From a virus (lineage: Duplodnaviria; Heunggongvirae; Uroviricota; Caudoviricetes): a stretch of 64,000 nt of DNA. The translations under genes and the position numbers were made by a program. The stretch is taken from IMG/VR virus record IMGVR_UViG_3300033463_000046. One strand, written 5' to 3'. Below, in pieces: positions 1-11,409 of the stretch. Positions within the stretch are counted from its first letter, which is position 1; every line of letters begins with the position of its first letter. Under the pieces are notes generated by a model. It did not search any database, had not been told where the DNA came from, and worked only from the letters and a program-made list of their open reading frames with translations.

Positions 1-1970
<1,970 letters not shown>

Positions 1971-2069
1971 GTTTATCAGCTACTTCATTATTCTTACAAT
2001 ATTCTAAAACAGGCTTTCTAAATGCCTTACGTTTTACAATTACCTAACCATCGTAAATAAATATTGCTC

Positions 2070-2264
2070 TCATATTCTAATATGTGCTCTTTTATCCAAT
2101 AACTTCTTTAACTCTTGTGGAGTAACTTCTATTTGCTTCCACTCTTCATATTCATTTAAATCTCCTAATGTTCCATAGTGCAATAGAAATACCCACCTGG
2201 GTACAGATAAATCTATAAAGCACATACTGGGATAATCCATAATTTCTTGAATCCAAACTTTCAT
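2070..2264 (-). CDS. hypothetical small protein
   Basis: 64-aa ORF in track. Confidence 0.35.
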   Translation of the reverse strand: MKVWIQEIMDYPSMCFIDLSVPRWVFLLHYGTLGDLNEYEEWKQIEVTPQELKKLLDKRAHIRI

Positions 2265-2280
2265 AACTAATATTTTTAAT

Positions 2281-2370
2281 TGGTTGGGATAGTAGGATTC
2301 GAACCCACACTTACGCCTTCAGAGGGCTACGGATTTAGAGTCCGCTGTGCTACCATTACACCATATCCCA
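2281..2370 (-). tRNA. suppressor tRNA, anticodon CTA (reads UAG); type II, about 20-nt variable arm; CCA encoded
   Basis: Reverse complement folds as acceptor tgggata/tatccca, D-stem gtgt/gcac, anticodon stem gcgga/tccgt with loop ctCTAaa, long variable arm, T-arm gtggg-ttcgaat-cctac, discriminator a, then cca. Confidence 0.8.
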
Positions 2371-2419
2371 GTATTCCGGTAGCAGAGCTACCGTAACTAC
2401 AAAAATACCTTCCAACAAA

Positions 2420-2839
2420 TTAATTGCAAGAAGGTAAGATTGAGTTCAACTCAGTAAGTCTATCATTTACAACCTTTTTAAGGTATTTCTTAAACTTATG
2501 AATCCCAGCTCTGACTGATTCTAAATTCTCAGAAAATATACAGTCATTAATTTTCTTTACTTCATCTTCTCCCATAAAGTCTAATGTTGCAATAAATAAA
2601 TCATCCGGTAAAGTATTTATATACTCTTGGAATTTCTCTGATTCTATTTTTGCGGAATTATCTTCTAATACTTCGATTCTAATGTTGATTATTTTCTCTC
2701 CATCACTGGAAACAATTGCTTTTACTTTTTTATTTTCAAGATTAAAATCAGCTCCTACTTTCTTTAAAAGTTCTTCAATTTTTGACATAATAAATTTAAT
2801 TTTCTGTTTATATTTCTCATCTGGATTATTTCTATACAA
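2420..2839 (-). CDS. hypothetical protein
   Basis: 139-aa ORF in track. Confidence 0.45.
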   Translation of the reverse strand: MYRNNPDEKYKQKIKFIMSKIEELLKKVGADFNLENKKVKAIVSSDGEKIINIRIEVLEDNSAKIESEKFQEYINTLPDDLFIATLDFMGEDEVKKINDCIFSENLESVRAGIHKFKKYLKKVVNDRLTELNSILPSCN

Positions 2840-3122
2840 GTAATAATATCTTAATTGTTAATTCCAAATTAATTTAATATTAATTTTTGTTAAATATTAT
2901 TTTTACTCTATTTTGCTAAATTTTATGGAGTTAAGCTATACTGGGTACAGGTACTTATATATTTATCCCCCCCCCTATATTGTTAGTGTCTTTTTATATA
3001 TACGTATTCACTATTGCCAAAAATTTTCTGTGGTAGTAGAAAGGGGGTCCACAACCCCCTTAGTCCCCGGCACATACTTGGAATAAAAACAAAATATATT
3101 TACTTAATCACTTTTTAAGCGT

Positions 3123-3689
3123 ATGAAAGAAATAGTATCAAATTCAGCAATTCTGAGTGAGTTCAAGGAGCAGGCTGAGGCTCTTGGTCGTACCGTCAAC
3201 CTCGATGAGGAGAAGCGTGTGGGTTCTAACGGCTACAATATCGGGCAAACATTCACGCTCGATGGCACAATCAAGATTGCCAAGGTCAGCCGTAACGGCG
3301 AAACCACTGGCGTGTTCCTCGCACTCGGAACTAAGGAAGGCACTGACCTTTCCTTGCAGTCCTTGATGGGACTTTCCTCACTGCGTGGCTACGAGATGGA
3401 GGGCGAGGCTGATGACAGCACTGGCAACCACTATGATGCTGAAGTCGCCGCCGACGTCAAGAAGGACTTCGTAGGTTGGAAGAACCTCAAGACGCGTGAC
3501 CTCTATGAGATGGCTGCTCTGATCGAGTCGGGCGATGTCAACCTCAAGGACAAGAAGGTCACTTACAAGGGTCGCGTCTTCCGTAAGTGGACAGCCCGCA
3601 ATGCTGGCACTGACCTGACCACTGGACAGGCTTACGCCGAGGGCGATGCTCGTGTTTCACGCGTTCAGTTGTGGCACGTCGCTGCGTGA
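3123..3689 (+). CDS. hypothetical protein with strikingly GC3-rich codon usage
   Basis: 188-aa ORF. After about 10 AT-rich codons the codons switch to ctc/ggc/gtc/gac; the neighbours are AT-rich. Confidence 0.6.
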   Translation: MKEIVSNSAILSEFKEQAEALGRTVNLDEEKRVGSNGYNIGQTFTLDGTIKIAKVSRNGETTGVFLALGTKEGTDLSLQSLMGLSSLRGYEMEGEADDSTGNHYDAEVAADVKKDFVGWKNLKTRDLYEMAALIESGDVNLKDKKVTYKGRVFRKWTARNAGTDLTTGQAYAEGDARVSRVQLWHVAA

Positions 3690-3735
3690 GAGTAATGGGG
3701 AGAAATCCCCACTCTCACCCCTTTATTTGTAGGTG
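3690..3735 (+). terminator. intrinsic terminator
   Basis: Hairpin gagagt..gggga-GAAA-tcccc..actctc directly after the TGA, followed by a T-rich run. Confidence 0.5.
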
Positions 3736-3739
3736 TGAT

Positions 3740-4575
3740 GCTACTTTGTGTGAAAGGTAAAGTTGGAGGTATGACACTGATAAGCGATGATAACGGAAAA
3801 TCGTACAAGTTGCTCAACCTATGTGTACCTCCATACTTAAACTTTTCTGGATACTTTCAACTGCTCGAAAAGCCGAGAGGTTTCGAAGTGATTCGAGTAG
3901 TTAGATTGTAATACTATTTGTAGGCTGGGTGTTAAACGTTCGCAAAGAGTCGAATAGGCTCGAGCGTCGGCGCACGACTCCGACCCTACAAAACCCTGTT
4001 CTCCCGATTTCAAACAATCTTTGGGAATAGGGCGACCTTTATAGGTCAAACTCCGCTAAAGGCTCCAGGGCCCAAGTGAGCCAATAGTGGAACAACTCAA
4101 CAAACAACAAACAACAACAACAATTTAAAAATTCAAGTTTAACCCGTAGATGTATTTTGTCAATATTCCCTTAATATCAATCTGCTTTCGAGCAGTTTGT
4201 TGTTGAGAATAAACTCAATTTCTTAAGCAGTAATGCTTAGAGTTGCACTCCAGCGAGTGAATAACTTCCCAAGATCTTGAGGGCACCAGTTTCCCACCAA
4301 CTCCAAAGACTCTTTTAGAGCCTTTCTTGGTGGTTTTAGGTGTAAAAGACAACTTTTCTCGCTACAGAGAGAAGACCTTTTATAATGTGTAAATATAGCA
4401 ATAATCTGTACACATTATTAAGTCAGAGAGGATTTTGCTAAAGACTTTAAAAGCGGTTGAACCTCGCATTTACTCTGCAGAGTATTAAGGTCTCGAAGAA
4501 GTTGGAAGGACTTCAAGATCGGAAATGTAGCGCTAGGGCCGAGGAGAAATCCGAAGCTTCTCGGCTCGTTTTTTA
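3740..4575 (+). ncRNA. candidate large structured non-coding RNA
   Basis: About 840 nt with stops in all six frames and GC above the coding regions. Many local hairpins and a (CAA)n tract; bounded by terminators at 3690-3735 and 4538-4575. Confidence 0.3.
4538..4575 (+). terminator. intrinsic terminator
   Basis: Stem gccgag/ctcggc followed by tcgtttttt. Confidence 0.45.
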
Positions 4576-4612
4576 ACAATAACAAAAGCAAAAATTTTTA
4601 AAAACTCTCAGT

Positions 4613-4897
4613 ATGAAACAGAAAATTCAAGTCACAACTGCGGAGATTCATGCTCCTGCACAGGTTGTCCTGCCTAACACGTATTTCGTATCAAAGGCAG
4701 TTAAGGCACAGTTCGCAATCCAGCGTCTAAAGATTGAAGTTGAAGAACAGAAAAAGTTTGTTGCAGAGAATCATCGAGATGATCTCAAGTGCATCGAGAT
4801 TCCAATCGACTTCATCGACCAGGTTGTAGAAACCTCTGGAGATTTCCTCAATGAGCTCATTGATGCTCTCGAAGGTAAAGAATCTGAAAATGAATAA
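4613..4897 (+). CDS. hypothetical protein
   Basis: 94-aa ORF in track. Confidence 0.5.
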   Translation: MKQKIQVTTAEIHAPAQVVLPNTYFVSKAVKAQFAIQRLKIEVEEQKKFVAENHRDDLKCIEIPIDFIDQVVETSGDFLNELIDALEGKESENE

Positions 4898-4899
4898 CC

Positions 4900-6165
4900 C
4901 TTTAAAATTAATTATTCACCAGTTACCATTATAATGCGTAACTTATCATTCTTAAGTCTCGTAAGAGAAACTGAGAATTGTTTTTCTCTCATTGAGAGAA
5001 CTTATGAATACCTACAATTTTACAACATGCCGAGAAACTCTAGTATCTTGGTAATTTGACCAGTTGCCAGGAGAAATTCATGAGTACAAATTGTCCCCAT
5101 CGCCTAGTAGGCGTTTTAGGCTAAAGAAGTCTTGGTCAACACAAGAGTGTTTGTGTAGACTCTGATGCCTAGGGGAATCGTTGGCAGAGAACTGCAGGTT
5201 GAAGTTGAGAATAGTATTCTTAATGAAGTAGCTAGGGGATGTGTGGTAGCGTACATGTCTTTGACTTAAACAGCTAGGAATTAACTTGTCAACACTCTGA
5301 CAATTATTTCCGAACTTCTCAATATGATAAGTGGTATCCTCATGACCGGCCACATTTAAAATGGTTTTAAGAGGTGTAGTAACTGAGAGAAGTAAATCTC
5401 CGGACTTGTAGAAACCGAAAGGGAGTATGTAAGGAGGACTCTTTGCCCAGAAGAGGATAATAAAACTTGGTTAGTCATTAGGACTGGGCTAAATGCACGG
5501 TTTATGATGCTGAAAGAGCCGTAGAGGCATAATGTTATAGACAAGAACATAGGAATTACCAACTCCGAAAATATTGTTTAGGAACATTACATTGAAAGCT
5601 AAGGTCTGTGGATTGCTGTAAAATGTCAACAATCCTACATCGTGGTTGATGGGAGACACAGAGAAACACAGACCAAATACCATTTTGCGTGCAGCGACCT
5701 TCAATGCGTCAAAGCACTTTCCCAAGACAAAGAGGAGCATAATTGGGAATGGTACTTAAATTGCCGTAAAATAAAGAAACGGAGCTTCGCGAGCGGGGAC
5801 CTACGCGCAACCAATCAATGGTATGCTGGCCATCATGGAAACCGCTCACTTTTCTTTGAAAGTATGTTCAAATAACATATTACTCCGATCCAAGTGATCT
5901 CCCTACTTCGGAGGATCCCGCGATTGCTTGCGTACGAAGGCTTTCTTGGGACGAAATGTGGTTATGGCTTTTCAACTACTGATGTAAGTCTTGTAAAAAG
6001 TGGAACTCCCGCCAAAAAAGAGGGCAGTAAGGACCAACTGGAAACTATCTGAGAACCATTTCGGGGCAGCCTTGAGCTGATACCGTTTGGCAGGTTGATG
6101 AACGTAAGGTTAGCTAGGTCTATTGGGAGGTGATGCTATTCCTCCCGCTTTTGTGAGAAACCAAA
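4900..6165 (+). ncRNA. candidate large structured non-coding RNA
   Basis: About 1.27 kb with no frame open beyond about 90 codons and all three stops in every frame. CTAG/TAGG-rich, GC about 45-50%. Ends with hairpin gggagg/cctccc plus gcttttgtg at 6125-6155. Confidence 0.3.
6125..6155 (+). terminator. intrinsic terminator
   Basis: gggagg-tgatgctatt-cctccc then gcttttgtg. Confidence 0.4.
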
Positions 6166-6177
6166 AACTCGAGATAT

Positions 6178-6546
6178 ATGAAGGTAATTGTAACAAGCTG
6201 GATGTTTCCTAATGAAAATGGTGGAAACGATGATAGACCAAAGAGTATTGAGAGAATTTCTTCCTCAATCGAAGACTTAAAAAGATTTCTTAAGGATTAC
6301 TATCCTGAGAAAGATAAATTTGTCTTCAAGAAAACTCTCTTGCATCTGCAAGTGATGGGAACTCCTGATGAGAAGCTCTTCGCCGATAGTGATGATATCA
6401 CTCGTTATTACAACGGTGACGGATTTAAGTATCTGGAAGAATGTCTGAAGGATGACTCTCTTGGTCAGTGTGTTGCTAAGATCTACCGCGAAGGCTGGGA
6501 ACAGCATGCGACGTACTATCTCTTCCAGGTCAGGAATCTTCATTGA
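6178..6546 (+). CDS. hypothetical protein
   Basis: 122-aa ORF in track. Confidence 0.5.
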   Translation: MKVIVTSWMFPNENGGNDDRPKSIERISSSIEDLKRFLKDYYPEKDKFVFKKTLLHLQVMGTPDEKLFADSDDITRYYNGDGFKYLEECLKDDSLGQCVAKIYREGWEQHATYYLFQVRNLH

Positions 6547-6714
6547 CCTGGGAGATATTTCCGAAAATCCAAAAACTCTCAAACATATGAAGAAACTTCA
6601 AATCTCTCCGAAAGGACAAGGCGTCCCGCGCACCAGCTTTGCTGGTGTCGTGGCATGGTGCTTCTGTTCTTATGCTTTCGTGTTATTATGTGCAGTAATT
6701 TACATTTTTGTAAG

Positions 6715-6960
6715 ATGAGACCTAATCCGAAAGCTATGACCCTCATTAATCAGCTTATGGCTGAATCACATGAGGAGACGAAGAAAGCTGCGTATGCTTT
6801 CTTTAATAAGTGTGATTACGCTGATCTCATCAATGATGGATTGTGCGTAGTGGATATGGATCGTCGCGACTCTTTCTTAGAGTATGCGAAAGCTAAAGGT
6901 ATTACACCTTCTGGTGGTGCGTTTACACAGGACATGAAAGCTCAATACTTTTACGTATGA
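6715..6960 (+). CDS. hypothetical protein
   Basis: In-frame ATG at 6715 within track ORF 6655-6960 (MRPNPKAMTLINQL...). The upstream part overlaps a hairpin. Confidence 0.45.
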   Translation: MRPNPKAMTLINQLMAESHEETKKAAYAFFNKCDYADLINDGLCVVDMDRRDSFLEYAKAKGITPSGGAFTQDMKAQYFYV

Positions 6961-7061
6961 AAATTCTAGTCTTGTCAGCAATAATAACAGTAGCGTGCTT
7001 CTTGTTAGGTGCGCTACTTGGTTCATTTGTGTATAAAACCTTTAGAAGATGGCTAAGTTAA
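6957..7061 (+). CDS. small membrane peptide (34 aa)
   Basis: ATGA overlap with the previous stop; MKILVLSAIITVACFLLGALLGSFVYKTFRRWLS. Confidence 0.3.
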   Translation: MKILVLSAIITVACFLLGALLGSFVYKTFRRWLS

Positions 7062-7217
7062 AACACATGACAAGATCACAAGCAATTACAACTGCAGCTC
7101 GTTATGGTCTGCAGCGTGAAATCGCATATGAGATTGATCATAATAATCGTACTCCTGAGGAGGCACTTGCCGAATGGGATATTCTTTAGTATAAAAAATT
7201 TTAAACCAAAAACTCTC

Positions 7218-7649
7218 ATGGATTATAAGGAATTAACAAGAAAACTAAATGAGTTCCGTGAAAAAGCTCGCAAGGAAAGTAGAACTTTCACAAGTGTGCA
7301 GCTTTACGAGGAATTTGAGAAAATCGGCTTTAATGCTTCTATTGCTAAGCGTGTAGCTGCTCTTATGGAGTTTGAAAAAATCGGTACGGCAAAACTATAT
7401 AGTATGCCAGAAAAACCGATTCATCAGGCTCGGATTGAAACCTTGTATAAGGAAGCCCAAAAGTCTCACAAAAAGTACATTGCCAAGCGTGATCGTGTGA
7501 AGACTGAGGACATGACTGAAAAACAAGCTCTGGATATGCTGATCAAGAAGGGTTACAGAATCAAGAAAGCTGTCAAGTTTGACCTAGAGCGTTTCATGGT
7601 TGAGCAGCCTGAGATGTATCGTAGATATTGTATTTATGAATACATTTGA
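7218..7649 (+). CDS. hypothetical protein
   Basis: Internal ATG (MDYKELTRKLNEF...) of track ORF 7104-7649; the upstream part looks non-coding. Confidence 0.5.
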   Translation: MDYKELTRKLNEFREKARKESRTFTSVQLYEEFEKIGFNASIAKRVAALMEFEKIGTAKLYSMPEKPIHQARIETLYKEAQKSHKKYIAKRDRVKTEDMTEKQALDMLIKKGYRIKKAVKFDLERFMVEQPEMYRRYCIYEYI

Positions 7650-7815
7650 GATGGAAGACTTTCTGAAAACAAAGAGAGGCCTCGAGTATCTGCTCGAGAC
7701 CTCTCCTTCTGATATGCCAGTATTAACTGCTGTTCAGAAGGCTAAGGATGATTATCGTGATGCGGAAAATGACTATTTAATGCGTCAAGCTGAAGATACT
7801 TATTGTCATGGCTGA
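7600..7815 (+). CDS. hypothetical small protein
   Basis: 71-aa ORF. Confidence 0.35.
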   Translation: MSSLRCIVDIVFMNTFEMEDFLKTKRGLEYLLETSPSDMPVLTAVQKAKDDYRDAENDYLMRQAEDTYCHG

Positions 7816-8086
7816 AGTTAAACAGTATAATGCGGAATTAGAGTGGGTCAAGCGTGGTCAGTATCGCGCCTACGACGACATGCACTACATTTGTGAGATC
7901 CACACTGAAGAGGAGATTCCTGAAAAGGATATTCTCTTGCTAGTTGAGAACGGTCGAAGGCTGCCTAAAGATGAATGGGACATCCGTTCTAAGCAGTGCT
8001 TTGATGACATATTTAGGGGATATTATACCATTGAGAAAACTGATTATGGTTATCGATATTATGGTGTAGATCCTTACGATGACTAA
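7808..8086 (+). CDS. hypothetical protein
   Basis: 92-aa ORF; ATGA overlap with the upstream ORF. Confidence 0.5.
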   Translation: MAEVKQYNAELEWVKRGQYRAYDDMHYICEIHTEEEIPEKDILLLVENGRRLPKDEWDIRSKQCFDDIFRGYYTIEKTDYGYRYYGVDPYDD

Positions 8087-8099
8087 AATCTTTTGCGGT

Positions 8100-8225
8100 A
8101 TGGATATAAAGTTTTTAAAGGAACATGCTAATAGAATTGATCTTTCTGAAGCTGAGCTTAAAGAGCCAATGACTGAAGAAGATTATGATTTCGAAAGAGC
8201 TTGCGAAATGATTTTCCATATGTAA
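8100..8225 (+). CDS. hypothetical small protein (41 aa)
   Basis: ATG at 8100 to TAA at 8223. Confidence 0.3.
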   Translation: MDIKFLKEHANRIDLSEAELKEPMTEEDYDFERACEMIFHM

Positions 8226-8700
8226 ACGCGCTTGTATCGGCGCTATATAAGAGTGATCAAAGGGCAGAGATCCTAAGGACGTAAGTCCTAAGGTGACGTA
8301 AGGTCAAGCCCGCATCCGAGGTTGATGGACTAGCACTTCGGCCCTACCTTATCTTTTCATCTTTTGTGAAGGAGGTTCTCGATTTTCGTCTTGTTTGGGT
8401 TAATAAGATAGCTAAAGAGAACGGAGTAACCTCTGACTGATCTATGATCGGATATGTCGTAGGCAGGACAAATTCCGATCATTTTCGGCAACTAAGTTGC
8501 CAAAAATGGGTTGAAATTCCCAGACGTTGACAGCGCAATTACTCATTTATGACCCGAGTTATAGTTGACGTCTAAAATCCTATTCATGTTCTAACCTTCA
8601 CGTGGGAATAGGGTGAAAATTGAGATATTGTGATAATATCTTAATGAGTACATATAGAACATTTGCTAAATTCTATAAAATTGTTTATCATTGCATTAGA
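8226..8700. ncRNA. candidate structured non-coding region
   Basis: No ORF. Direct repeats cctaagg/acgtaag and perfect hairpins (ggcaac-ttag-gttgcc). Confidence 0.2.
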
Positions 8701-8731
8701 TAGTTTGATTAAATAATTTAACGTTAAAAAT

Positions 8732-10036
8732 ATGAAAGACAAGATTAAAGAGTTTAGAGACAAAAATCCTATATTGGATTTTGCAGCAGGCTTTATCCCA
8801 GGTGTGGGAGAAGCACAAGATGCTCATGATTTTGTACATGCTGCTAAAAAGAAAGACTTTGGAGGAATGGCATTAGCTTCTTTAGGTTTTATTATTCCAG
8901 GTGTAACTGGAGGACAATTCTTGAAGATACTTAGACCACTAACAAAAACATAGTGGGGAGCTTGGGCTGCTAAACATTTAGATGAGTTGTCTACTGTTAG
9001 ACCAAGACTTGCTGAAGGTGTTGCAAAAAATGAACCAGAAGCTGTAAAGATACATAAGACATTAGAAAAAATAGCTGATGGCAAAGTATATATTCCAGAA
9101 AAACGTGGCATTGTTAAAGATATTGACCCAGATACTCCTATTTTACCATTTGTAGATTAGAGAGGATATAACCTTACTCCTGAAGCTAGAGTAAATGCAG
9201 CTTTAGATTACGCTATAAGTACTGAAAAAGGGCGTGCTGTTCCTGGAATAATGGGAGGAGCAAAGGGAGTGCAAGGTGTAGAAGAATTAATACCAGGATT
9301 CCCAGCTTTTAAGAAAATAAATAATGTTAAAACTAGAATGGGACAATTCACTGGTGCTGACATTATTACTGCATTGTATTATAGTGGTCATGGTAAGATA
9401 AGATCTAGTAATGCTATATATGATGCTATTATGAAAGCTCCAGTATCTGGAAATGCTAAAGAATACGCCAAAGCTTAGTTAGAAGTTGTAGAAGGAATAC
9501 TATAGAAATACAGTAAAAACACTGATAAAGTTGGAGTGTTTAAAGCTACTAAATTAGCTAAGAAAGGTAGAGATAATGTTTCAGAAACAGAAAGAGCACA
9601 TTCATATGGTCTAATTCCAGATGAATTAGTTAATCCTAAAACTGATCAAGCTGTTAAAGATAGAATACATTTGGAAGAATCTTTAAACAATTTGAGTATA
9701 TGGTTTGGTTCTAAAAATGGTAATGGTGTTGCAGAATTTTATGGTCCTATTCCAATGAATTTATATTCTGGAAGTTATGGAGGAAAGAAATTTGGAGGTA
9801 GTGGTGATCATAAATTATTTGGATTTAATAATTCTATATTAGTAAAGAATTAGGATGATCTTGCAATACATATTGCTAATTCTAAAGATAAAACTATGGG
9901 ATTGGTAACTGATATTTAGGATGGTGCTGGTGTGACAAATGACGTAATATTCTAGCCATATAGGTATAGTTTAATAAGACAAAAGAAAGGTGGTCGGATT
10001 TGCCTAACTACTTCGAAGAAGCGAGGACCGTTTTAA
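8732..10036 (+). CDS. hypothetical protein carrying 8 in-frame TAG codons (amber read-through gene)
   Basis: Track ORFs 8732-8953, 9251-9478 and 9536-9853 are collinear in one frame, separated only by TAG triplets. The frame runs to TAA at 10034-10036 (1302 nt = 434 codons from 8732). The C-terminal 60 codons are less certain. Confidence 0.5.
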
Positions 10037-10110
10037 TCCGCCTGGATAATGAATCTACTTTCTGGTGAAAGTCAGTCAGTTAAGCACTTGGACTGCTGGA
10101 TTAAATACAA

Positions 10111-10692
10111 GTGCATTTTAAAACTCTCATTATGCAAATAGTAATTAAAAACAAAAAGTGTTCAATTGACAAAATCAAGAGAGAATATCCTGATTGCGTC
10201 ATTATTGATGTAACGAGTAAAGCTAAGGATGAGTTCAGAAAGCTTAGTCCTTTTTATCCTCATTGCAGTATTCCTGTTAATCCTATTTCTGAACAATTTT
10301 TATTTGGAGCGTCAGTAGAAGGAATTTGGCAAGGTTTGAAAGTATTTGAAGATGAAGGGCCAAGTCTATCTAGTCTTCATAATTCTTCAATGCGTGGATT
10401 AAAGAGAACAACTCGTGTACATGGTCGTTGCTTGGGACATGCTTATGGCGACATAATTGGCAAGAAATATACTTTACTTGGTTACGTAGAAGCTCGTAAG
10501 AAATTGTATGTTCCAGCCTATAAATGGGTGTTAGAGAATAAATGTGCTGATTTAGTTAATAAGATTCGTATCATAGCTCAACATAAGACAGTGATACTTC
10601 TTGATTATAATACTAATGAAGACATTGAAAATGGTAATAAACCGTTATCTCACGCTGCATTAATTAAAAAATATATTAATAAAGAAATTTAA
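10111..10692 (+). CDS. hypothetical protein
   Basis: 193-aa ORF in track. Confidence 0.55.
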   Translation: MHFKTLIMQIVIKNKKCSIDKIKREYPDCVIIDVTSKAKDEFRKLSPFYPHCSIPVNPISEQFLFGASVEGIWQGLKVFEDEGPSLSSLHNSSMRGLKRTTRVHGRCLGHAYGDIIGKKYTLLGYVEARKKLYVPAYKWVLENKCADLVNKIRIIAQHKTVILLDYNTNEDIENGNKPLSHAALIKKYINKEI

Positions 10693-11330
10693 GGTTGAAA
10701 TTCCTTGGACTACTGCCGGCCAATTCTTGTAGTCCTAAAATGCTCCCGTGGTTCACCTGCACGTTGCTTCAGTAATGAGGCGGTGGGAGTGCATGTGTTG
10801 CGAACACTCTATTGAAATATTATAGAGGACTGTGCGACGAACTGACGAACCAAATTTCCCAGCAATGGGCGGCAGGCATCGTGTCGTTAGGATAAACCAG
10901 TAATGGTATAAAGTGGTGAGACCTCTCACTGCACACCCTTTGCCGACTTGTCGGGAGGATGGCTAAAAGAATGCGCATTTATCGAAGTGATACATGGTGT
11001 AAGGACGGGCAGTCCTGATAGTGTTGATCGCTGGGCTCTGACTAAGCTCGGCTTAATCCGTAAGGAGGATAAGAGATAATTGCAAATGTTTCCCGAAGAC
11101 CGCAAATCTGAGAGAGCATTAAGTATGTAGTTTGTAAGCCTATGGGAGTAGCGTCCCACTCAGCCTGCTAAGCTGAGAGAACAGAAATGGTAGGTTTGTA
11201 GAACGGAGATACAGAGAAGTATGTGATTGCAAGCAGAAAATCATGGTGGGGCTGGTCCTGTAGCTGCTCAAAAGGCAGTATGGATACAAGTGCAGCCACC
11301 TCACCTTACAACTAGTCCTTCTTTAAAATA
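10693..11330. ncRNA. candidate structured non-coding region upstream of a tRNA
   Basis: No ORFs and higher GC. Perfect hairpins ggactac..gtagtcc, ctctat..atagag, gtgaga-cc-tctcac, ccgac-tt-gtcgg. Confidence 0.25.
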
Positions 11331-11333
11331 AAG

Positions 11334-11407
11334 AGTCGTTTAGCTCAATTGGTAGGAGCGCAACACTATTAATGTTGAGGCCGTCAGTTCAAGTCTGACA
11401 ACGAATT
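11334..11407 (+). tRNA. tRNA, Asn-like body with anticodon loop ctATTaa (anticodon ATT, atypical)
   Basis: Acceptor agtcgtt/aacgaat (one G-A mismatch), D-arm gctc-aattggta-gagc, anticodon stem caaca/tgttg, T-arm gtcag-ttcaagt-ctgac. Paralogous to tRNAs at 23372 and 30165. Confidence 0.6.
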
Positions 11408-11409
11408 AG

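Noticed and set aside
3041-3062. Hairpin aaggggg-tccacaa-ccccctt in the divergent intergenic region
   Set aside because: A perfect 7-bp stem, but no T-tract on either side and no recognisable promoter elements were confidently identified. Could be an operator or RNA-stability element; not enough evidence to call a feature.
5078-5875. Overlapping short ORFs on both strands in 5078-5875
   Set aside because: They sit inside a stop-saturated GC-enriched region. They are mutually overlapping and have no start-context or codon-usage similarity to real genes. They are treated as part of a non-coding RNA candidate.
7049-7200. Possible 46-aa ORF starting at ATG 7049 and ending in TAG
   Set aside because: Short and overlaps a neighbouring small ORF. 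It ends in TAG, which may not terminate in this genome. Too uncertain to list.
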